Part shown: in pieces, positions 20,475 through 27,410 of the stretch | How the letters are laid out: each line of letters opens with the position of its first letter | How positions within the stretch are numbered: the first letter of the stretch is position 1 | From: a virus | Taxonomy: Duplodnaviria; Caudoviricetes | Strand: one strand, 5' to 3' | Virus record (IMG/VR): IMGVR_UViG_3300014204_000110 | DNA length: 64,000 nt | Position numbers and translations under genes: made by a program | Notes under the pieces: generated by a model | The model's input: the letters and a program-made list of their open reading frames with translations, nothing else | What the model was told of the DNA's origin: nothing | Databases searched by the model: none

Positions 20475-20508
20475 TATCAAAATCTTCCAAGTAGATAACT
20501 TGGAAGTA

Positions 20509-20540
20509 AGAAAGGGGGTTAAAATCCCCTTTCTAGTTTT
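20509..20540 (+). terminator. Stem-loop or terminator upstream of the tube gene
   Basis: AGAAAGGGGG-ttaaaa-TCCCCTTTCT followed by AGTTTT. Confidence 0.6.
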
Positions 20541-20559
20541 AACAATAAGGAGGTAATTT

Positions 20560-22396
20560 ATGGGCGCAAGTCCTGCTAATTACCAGAATACTGAAAGCGC
20601 AGTTGATGGTATTAAATCCACTTATAACGCTTCGGCAGGAACAGATATCGTCGCTACCATTGACGGTATCTTAATTGGAAATTTGAATGGTATAAGTTTC
20701 AGTACAACCCGTGAATAGCTTGCGGCCTTATATAGTAATATATATTGAATAACGCCATTAATTGCTGGAACATCCTTATAGGACAATCAGCAGCTACTTA
20801 ATTGTAGTTCAACGACTATCCCGAAAGGGAGTAGAGTTTAGTAAACTCGAAACATGGCGGTTCTTTGAAAGAACGTGATATAGTCTGAACTTACTGGTAA
20901 CAGTAAGAGAATGTATGGAAACGATACATTCGTAACATATTTGGAGAAAGCTCCGATTTATACACTGGGTAAATAACACTGCCCACTTTTAGAGTAATCT
21001 AATTGTAAAAACATTGGGTGAATTCGGTGAAGGTCTGAAAAGAATAATACCGAGCCAAGACCTTGGTACACTAAGGTAAGGTGTAGAGACTACTGGAGAG
21101 ATATAGTTCTCTTAATAACCAGTCCAGCGCCCAACATCCTTATAGGATGAAGAGATAGTCCAAAATAAAGAGTGTAGATGCCGTTTCATTCGGCAGAGGT
21201 AAGCGTAAGCAACATTGCGCTTGTAAAATTCTGTAAATTGCTGGGATAACCTTATAGGTCAATCAGCAGCCAAGCTTAAGTAGAAATACTTTTGAAGGTT
21301 CAGAGACTATTCCGAAAGGAAGTAGGGTCTAAGTAGACTCGAAAGACAGAATAGTTAGAAATAACTAATGATATAGTCCGATCTTTATGGTAACATAAAG
21401 AGAATATATGGAAACGATATATTCGTAACACAAATGGGTCATGCTGGTTCGTTAATCTCAAAGTAAAAGGGATCGTATGTTAGTAATAACATATTGCAAC
21501 TCGTCAAATTGCTGGAATCTCCTTAGAGTCTTAAATACTTAGAAATAAGTGACAATTTTAAGAATTGGACAATCAGCAACTAAATTCATAAGTAATTATG
21601 ATAAATGCTCAGAGACTAAATGGCGAGATCCTCTATCTAGAGGAATAAGATATAGTCCAGACTACAACCGAAAGGGCTTGAGAAATCAAGAGTAGTAAAG
21701 TTACGAACTTTGATAGACATGCATTATATGATATAATGCAAGGTACATTTCAGGACAGTAATGCAGGACCTGCAGATAGGTATAAATATTATGCTAAAAC
21801 TACAGATATTCCTGCTGGTGGACGAAGTTTACTTTTAGGTAAACAACATCTTGACGCATTAGGAGCACTTGGTTCACAAAAATCAATTGCAAACTATAGC
21901 GATCAACTTCCACCAATGACTATCACTTTAACTTCAATGAATGAGTATGGAAATGTTAGTGCAATGCACATACTTGGAGTTGAATTGATTAATGAGGGTT
22001 CTGGTGTGTCAATTGATGATATTGTGACAGAAACGCAGATGAACGGTTGTCTGCCTCAGTAGTAATACTGATGATAAAACATCACCATATGCGGGAATAA
22101 CCTTAGAGTCTTAAGTACCAAAGTGTAACAATCTTAAGAATTGGTCAATCCGCAGGAAAGACTCGAAAGAGAATCCTCAGAGACTTTATGTGATGCTCCT
22201 ACTTGTAGGATGAAGATAAAGTCCGATCTTAATAGAAATATTAAGCTAACACATTTGGACGTTTGTAGCTCGTGGTATTATCGGTTGGAAACCAATCTCT
22301 CAGAATGGTGGAAATGTGAATATTAAAGCAGATGTACTTGCTCAGATGAATAATCTTACAGCAGTACAACAGGCTCAATACAACGGGCTCAATTAG
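20560..22396 (+). CDS. Tail tube protein, 238 aa after splicing; exons 20560-20712, 20944-20970, 21171-21206, 21437-21458, 21701-22040, 22258-22396
   Basis: RBS AAGGAGG; joined exons give 717 nt in one frame: ...ISFSTTR|EKAPIYTLG|SVDAVSFGRGKR|GHAGSLIF|TNFDRHAL...TETQM|TFVARG...; collinear with the intact paralogue at 22464. Confidence 0.92.
20713..20943 (+). mobile_element. Group I intron 1 (231 nt, no ORF)
   Basis: Exon ends in U with P1 CCGU/GCGG; core AATTGCTGGAA...AATCAGCAG; P7 GACTA/TAGTC; terminal G. Confidence 0.9.
20971..21170 (+). mobile_element. Group I intron 2 (200 nt, no ORF)
   Basis: P1 GGGU/GCCC; P10 ACACT pairs with exon AGTGT; core GAATTCGGTGAA...ACCGAG; GAGACTAC/AAGAGATAGTCC; terminal G. 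Confidence 0.88.
21207..21436 (+). mobile_element. Group I intron 3 (230 nt, no ORF)
   Basis: P1 AAGCGU/GCGCUU; core AATTGCTGGGA...AATCAGCAG; CAGAGACTA/GATATAGTCC; terminal G. Confidence 0.9.
21459..21700 (+). mobile_element. Group I intron 4 (242 nt, no ORF)
   Basis: P1 AUCU/GGAU; P10 GTAA/TTAC; core AATTGCTGGAA...AATCAGCA; CAGAGACTAA/AAGATATAGTCC; terminal G; phase 1. Confidence 0.9.
22041..22257 (+). mobile_element. Group I intron 5 (217 nt, no ORF)
   Basis: P1 GCAGAU/GUCUGC; core TGCGGGAA...AATCCGCAG; CAGAGACTTT/AAGATAAAGTCC (covarying P7); terminal G; phase 2. Confidence 0.9.
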
Positions 22397-22429
22397 CACA
22401 GAGTTTACCATTTAACGCTTAAAAAATTG

Positions 22430-22452
22430 GGAGGGTTCATGTAACCCTCCTT
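22430..22452 (+). terminator. Stem-loop after the tube gene
   Basis: GGAGGGTT-catgt-AACCCTCC with a short T tail. Confidence 0.55.
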
Positions 22453-22463
22453 ATACTATCTAT

Positions 22464-23498
22464 ATGGCAACGTTTTTCGATAAAATTAAAAATAATATAT
22501 TTACTCAAGTAGAGGAAAATGTCTCTGCTAATAGTCAGCCATATTTGGGTGGATCGCTTGGTCCAGCAGAAGTTAATCCATTTGCTGAAGATCCAGTAGT
22601 AGATTTTTCTAAGAGTAATACATCATATAGTGGTAGTGATTGTACTGTTATGGTACAATTGAATAATAAACTTATTGTCTTAGGTAATCTAGAGACATTC
22701 TCACATTCTACGCATCGACGAAAAGCACCAGTAGACGTAATTGGACGATCTCACGCAAAAGGTTTTGTTAGTGGAAGTCGTGTTGTAGCAGGAAGTATGA
22801 TATTTATTGTATTTGATAGATCTCCATTGTATGATGTTGTTAAAGAAATTAATTACGTTAGAAATGCTTCTGATAGACGTACATCACCATTACCTGATCA
22901 ACTTCCACCATTAGATTTAATATTACTATTTCATAATGAATATGGACATAGAAGTTTAACTAGAGTCTATGGGGTAGAATTTGTTGATGAGGGTCAGGTT
23001 CATAGTATTAATGATCTTTATACGGAATGTACAATGAGTTACATTGCTCGTGATATTGATCAGATGATTGCTTATGATGAACTTAGTGATTTTAAAAATA
23101 TGTTATTTGAACGTCAGGTTCGAGGACAATTTGTAGATAATAAATTTACTGGATTACTTGAATATAAAGCAAGAGTTGAAAGAGAACTTTCTGATTGTGA
23201 AAAAGTAATTTCTGGTATTGATATGGAAACAGATAGACGTGCTGTTGCTGGAGTTTTTACATTAAGTGCTTCATATTGGTTATCTAGACTATCTTATGGA
23301 AAAGATTATGTAACACGCGAAGAACTTAATAAAGAAAAAACAAAACAACTTAAAATAAAAGAATATCTACTTACTGAACTTGAAAAGATTAATCAACAAG
23401 TTAGAATTTATGAACAGAACGTTAATGTTGGTTTTAATGCTCAACACACTGATGCTGGTAATGTACAATTTGATTACTTATCTCATGCGAGTAAATAA
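22464..23498 (+). CDS. Tail tube-like paralogue with a C-terminal coiled coil
   Basis: SYSGSD...RRKAPV..IG...GSRVVAGSMIFIVFDR...DQLPP...GVEFVDEG, collinear with the spliced tube protein. Confidence 0.8.
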   Translation: MATFFDKIKNNIFTQVEENVSANSQPYLGGSLGPAEVNPFAEDPVVDFSKSNTSYSGSDCTVMVQLNNKLIVLGNLETFSHSTHRRKAPVDVIGRSHAKGFVSGSRVVAGSMIFIVFDRSPLYDVVKEINYVRNASDRRTSPLPDQLPPLDLILLFHNEYGHRSLTRVYGVEFVDEGQVHSINDLYTECTMSYIARDIDQMIAYDELSDFKNMLFERQVRGQFVDNKFTGLLEYKARVERELSDCEKVISGIDMETDRRAVAGVFTLSASYWLSRLSYGKDYVTREELNKEKTKQLKIKEYLLTELEKINQQVRIYEQNVNVGFNAQHTDAGNVQFDYLSHASK

Positions 23499-25408
23499 TG
23501 TGGCCATTTAAAAAATCCGAAAATGATATACTTCAACAGGATTTAAAATCTAAAGAAAATAATATAAAACTTCAACAGAATGCAAGTTTTATAGGAAGTT
23601 CTAATGATCCTTTTTCTACTCCTACACGAGATAATTATCAAACTTATCCTTATGATTATTATTCATCCTCTGATTGTAAAATATTTCTAGGAGATATCTG
23701 GTGTGATGATATTGTTTCAATACAATATAATTGTTCTCAATCTAAAACTCCAATATATGGATATGCTTCACAAAACTTTGATGCTATAGCTAAAGGTCAG
23801 ATACTTGTACAAGGAACATTAGCAATCGCATTTAAAGAAGTTGGGTATTTAAATGTTATTCAAGCAACGTTAGAAGCTCAACGAAGAAATTCATCTGAAG
23901 TAATATCAAGTAAAATTAAATCTTATCAAACTGAAGCAAAAGATGGAACTGCTAAATTTATACCAAGACTTAATACAATTGGAGAACAATCAGTAGATTC
24001 TCAAGTATCTTTTCAGTATTCTCCAAATGGAAGTCCTCAGATAATAAGACAACAACAAACTATTGAACAGATATTAACAAGTAAAAAAGGTAATATTGCT
24101 AGTTCTGGAGTTGCTAAAGAACTTGGATTAGGCCCAAGTGATAATAGAGATTTTGAAGATTTTGCTGAAGTACTTGAAGATAGTATCTGGGGTGATAGTA
24201 ATGGACAAGCAATTAATCTTGTAGATAAACTTAAAAGAGTCGATGAATTTGATTATAATTCAAATGGTGGTATTACTACTGCTAAAGGTAGACAGTATTC
24301 TGATGTTTTAAATATTATGCTTACGTTTGGTGACATTAATGATTATCGAGCTGAACATACAATGATTGTTATAAATGATGTTCATTTTACATCTAGTTCA
24401 CTTATTGTTAACACTGATGGAAATCCTATATTTGAAGAATATACTTTTATAGCTAGAGATATTAATGATAGCATCACTGGTAAGTCTATAAACGTTTCTC
24501 CTATTAAACTTAATGTTGGAATTGATAATTTAAAACTGTCTACATTAGAAAACGTTAATGAAATTGAAAAGTTTTTAAATGAAAGAGATTCAAATAGTCA
24601 GGTAACAATTAATTTCTTATCTGCTTATAATGGCACTTGGAATGTTTATAATGGTCAGATTATTGCTACTTTTATATCTAATAAAACTGAACCTTTTACT
24701 GATCAAGTTTGTAAGTTTGCTGAAAACATTGTTAATGAAATTTATTATCCAGAAATTGTAAATACAAGTTACTCTCAATATATTATAGAACTTGATATGA
24801 CTGATAATAAACTTACAATGATACTTGAACAAGTTACTGCAAATACTCGTAGTTATAGAGTAATATCTCCTACTCGAAGTGGGTTTGCTGCGGTTAATAT
24901 TATTTCTAGAGATGATTTATTTCAAGGATCAAGTCTTCCTGAACCAATACAAGACCGACCAATATCTAATACACTAACTCAAAAGAAACAAGCAAGTATA
25001 AATGAAAGTACTAAAGTTAAAGAAGTTCAAGTAACATCATCGTATGATATAGAACGTCCATTTCAAGAAGATAGATTAAATATAATTAATGCTAATTTAA
25101 AAGAAACTAGATTTGATAGTGTAGCAGGATCACAGGTTTCTGATGATATTAAAGCTAGACTAGGTGATCAGGATGCAAGACTTAGACAACAAAATAAAGA
25201 ATCTGATCTTGAAAAACAACGTAGAGTTTCACAAGAAATGCAAGATGAACGAAATTTAAAATTAGAAATAGATCATCTAGAACAAAAAGTTAATATACAA
25301 TTACCTTGGTATGATGTTATTAATCCTGGTATAATTTCTGAACGAAATAAAGAGAAAAAAGAATTAAAAGAAGCTAAATTAAAATATTATAAAGATATTG
25401 GAAATTAA
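23498..25408 (+). CDS. Tube-domain-containing tail protein (third paralogue)
   Basis: N-terminal YYSSSD...SKTPIYGY...GQILVQGTL tube-like motifs and a later YTFIARD. Confidence 0.7.
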   Translation: MWPFKKSENDILQQDLKSKENNIKLQQNASFIGSSNDPFSTPTRDNYQTYPYDYYSSSDCKIFLGDIWCDDIVSIQYNCSQSKTPIYGYASQNFDAIAKGQILVQGTLAIAFKEVGYLNVIQATLEAQRRNSSEVISSKIKSYQTEAKDGTAKFIPRLNTIGEQSVDSQVSFQYSPNGSPQIIRQQQTIEQILTSKKGNIASSGVAKELGLGPSDNRDFEDFAEVLEDSIWGDSNGQAINLVDKLKRVDEFDYNSNGGITTAKGRQYSDVLNIMLTFGDINDYRAEHTMIVINDVHFTSSSLIVNTDGNPIFEEYTFIARDINDSITGKSINVSPIKLNVGIDNLKLSTLENVNEIEKFLNERDSNSQVTINFLSAYNGTWNVYNGQIIATFISNKTEPFTDQVCKFAENIVNEIYYPEIVNTSYSQYIIELDMTDNKLTMILEQVTANTRSYRVISPTRSGFAAVNIISRDDLFQGSSLPEPIQDRPISNTLTQKKQASINESTKVKEVQVTSSYDIERPFQEDRLNIINANLKETRFDSVAGSQVSDDIKARLGDQDARLRQQNKESDLEKQRRVSQEMQDERNLKLEIDHLEQKVNIQLPWYDVINPGIISERNKEKKELKEAKLKYYKDIGN

Positions 25409-25445
25409 TATAAACTATACTAAAAGTAGATAAATATTTAAACTA

Positions 25446-25474
25446 TTGACTAAATGTTTTAAAATAAGTATATT
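25446..25474 (+). promoter_or_regulatory. Sigma70-type promoter, probably giving a leaderless mRNA
   Basis: TTGACT-17 bp-TATATT; ATG lies 7 nt after the -10 box; no SD sequence. Confidence 0.65.
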
Positions 25475-25481
25475 ATAACTT

Positions 25482-25910
25482 ATGTCTCATAATACTAATT
25501 TATGTAAAATTAATGTTGATAAAAATATAAGTAAAATAGTACAATTTTTCTTAGATAAAACAACATATGAAATTATACCATTTGCGTCATGTGAGGGAGA
25601 TTCTACTGCATATATATCAGTTATTGTTAGATCAAATGAAGCATTTTTAATTATATTAAATCTATTATTTTATGAAATATATTTTAAATTTGAAAGAGAA
25701 AACACACATGATTGTATTTCTTATACAATACGTTGGGATAATAAAGATACAAATAAAATTATAGAAAATATTAAAAATTGTGAATGGTTAGAGTTTAATA
25801 GTAAAATACAACAAGAAATAACAAGTTTAATATATAATGATAAACAACAGTATGGTATGATTCAAGATGATAGTATTAAAAAAATAATAAGTACAATTTC
25901 AACAATATAG
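25482..25910 (+). CDS. Hypothetical protein (moron-like)
   Basis: 142-aa ORF, more AT-rich than flanks, with its own promoter; FASCEG motif. Confidence 0.6.
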   Translation: MSHNTNLCKINVDKNISKIVQFFLDKTTYEIIPFASCEGDSTAYISVIVRSNEAFLIILNLLFYEIYFKFERENTHDCISYTIRWDNKDTNKIIENIKNCEWLEFNSKIQQEITSLIYNDKQQYGMIQDDSIKKIISTISTI

Positions 25911-25917
25911 GAAAAGT

Positions 25918-26475
25918 ATGACAAAACAAGAAGTTTTAGATAATTTTCATAATTCTATAATTAAATTTTGGTCACCATTTAAAGAAATAGATAAACAATA
26001 TATTCCATATTTATCAAAAAATAAATATGGAAGAGATGTTATATATATAAAAACACCTAACTGTAATAATGATTGGATATTTGCTATTTTTGATGCAATA
26101 AAAGAAATATCTAATATAAATGAAGATGTATGGATTTGTTTTTGTGATATTTGTATTAAAAAAGATCATTTAACAATTTTTTTAGCATCTGGGATAGAAG
26201 ATATAAATAAAAAAGATAATGATAACGTTTTAGAATTAAATACTAATTCACTTAGGTTAATTAATCCATTTGCTGGATTATTTATAGATTTAAATTTGAA
26301 TTTAGAAATAAATGAACTTATAAAAATTATTATAGATAAATTAGATTCTGTTGGTGATTATGAACAATTAGGTTTTGAATTTCCAAGTAATAATCAAATG
26401 AATGTTAGGTGGAAATATAATAATGAGCGTTATGGATTTGGTATATCTTTTAAAGATAATATCTTAAATAATTAA
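25918..26475 (+). CDS. Hypothetical protein (moron-like)
   Basis: 185-aa AT-rich ORF. Confidence 0.6.
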   Translation: MTKQEVLDNFHNSIIKFWSPFKEIDKQYIPYLSKNKYGRDVIYIKTPNCNNDWIFAIFDAIKEISNINEDVWICFCDICIKKDHLTIFLASGIEDINKKDNDNVLELNTNSLRLINPFAGLFIDLNLNLEINELIKIIIDKLDSVGDYEQLGFEFPSNNQMNVRWKYNNERYGFGISFKDNILNN

Positions 26476-26499
26476 AATTATAAATTGAGGAGAGATTTT

Positions 26500-26799
26500 A
26501 TGGAAGAAAAAATTGTAGAATGGAAAAAATTATATACTTTTGTATATAAAACTACTGTTGCTGGAGTTGATTACTTTTTTAAGACTTTAACCAGAGATGA
26601 TTACGCAGATATTCTAACAATACAGGCGTCTACTAGAGATCCTAGAGCGTTTGATCACGATCTTGAAGTTTGCAAAAAATGTATTCTTTCAGATTATGAT
26701 GAAGTTGTAATATCTAAAAAAGCTGGTATTGCTGTTGTTATTGCTGAAAAAATAATGTTATATTCTGGATTTGAAGCCGCTGATGTGACAGAGTTGTAA
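26500..26799 (+). CDS. Putative tail assembly chaperone
   Basis: Start reassigned to ATG 26500 (RBS GAGGAG); YFFKTLTRDDY...IMLYSGF pattern; position before the tape-measure-like gene. Confidence 0.6.
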   Translation: MEEKIVEWKKLYTFVYKTTVAGVDYFFKTLTRDDYADILTIQASTRDPRAFDHDLEVCKKCILSDYDEVVISKKAGIAVVIAEKIMLYSGFEAADVTEL

Positions 26800-26823
26800 G
26801 TAATTAAATATATAATTATATTG

Positions 26824-26858
26824 GAGCTTGGGACCTTTAATGGCTCCAAGCTCTTTTT
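26824..26858 (+). terminator. Rho-independent terminator
   Basis: GAGCTTGG...CCAAGCTC followed by TTTTT. Confidence 0.65.
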
Positions 26859-26873
26859 ATTTAAAGGAAATAT

Positions 26874-27410
26874 ATGACCCGACAAACTAAACTTTATAAA
26901 ATATCAGCAATGGTAAATAAAACTAAACAAAATATATTTTATAGAGATCTTACTGCTAATGAATATACTTTTATAAATAATATTAAAAATTTAGCAATAA
27001 AAGAAGATATCGCAGGTAGAACAGCTATATATAATTACGATCCAGATAAACTTTCATTAGGTGTAAGAATTCAAATTGGCCGTGACGCGTTATCTAGAGT
27101 AGATAATATTTTAAGTTCAAAACAAATATTTGAAATAACTATTTCTGAGTTTAGAGCAAGTATTAAATCTGATGATTTTATGTTACTTATTAAACAAATA
27201 TTATCATGTCTTCCTGGACAATCATATATCGATCTACTTAATTTAACTCTTAAAGATCTTATTGAATTGGCTTGTTTATGTGAACTTTTAATTGGAAAAC
27301 CATTATTTGATAGTGGTAAAAAAGGTGGACTTGTTAATCCTAAAAATTTAGAAGATAATGGTAAAAGTCTTCAAGATAAAATGAATAAATTACATGGAGT
27401 TACAAAATAA
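26874..27410 (+). CDS. Putative second tail assembly chaperone
   Basis: IFYRDLTANEY resembles the motif in the upstream gene; position. Confidence 0.5.
   Translation: MTRQTKLYKISAMVNKTKQNIFYRDLTANEYTFINNIKNLAIKEDIAGRTAIYNYDPDKLSLGVRIQIGRDALSRVDNILSSKQIFEITISEFRASIKSDDFMLLIKQILSCLPGQSYIDLLNLTLKDLIELACLCELLIGKPLFDSGKKGGLVNPKNLEDNGKSLQDKMNKLHGVTK

Noticed and set aside
19909-20480. HNH gene as the ORF of a sixth group I intron in the sheath gene
   Set aside because: No group I core motifs flank it, and the sheath already ends with a complete C-terminus and stop
21736-22326. ORF-track calls 21736..22062 and 22141..22326 as independent genes
   Set aside because: The first is exon 5 of the tube gene running into intron 5; the second is intron sequence plus an off-frame read of exon 6
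20560-22396. Stop-codon reassignment, pseudogene or CRISPR array as the explanation for the ORF gap
   Set aside because: Other genes read through in the standard code; there is no regular repeat-spacer pattern; intron removal restores the frame exactly
26500-27410. Programmed G/GT-type frameshift between the chaperone genes
   Set aside because: The ORFs are separated by a 74-nt gap containing a terminator-like hairpin, and I see no slippery site near the first stop
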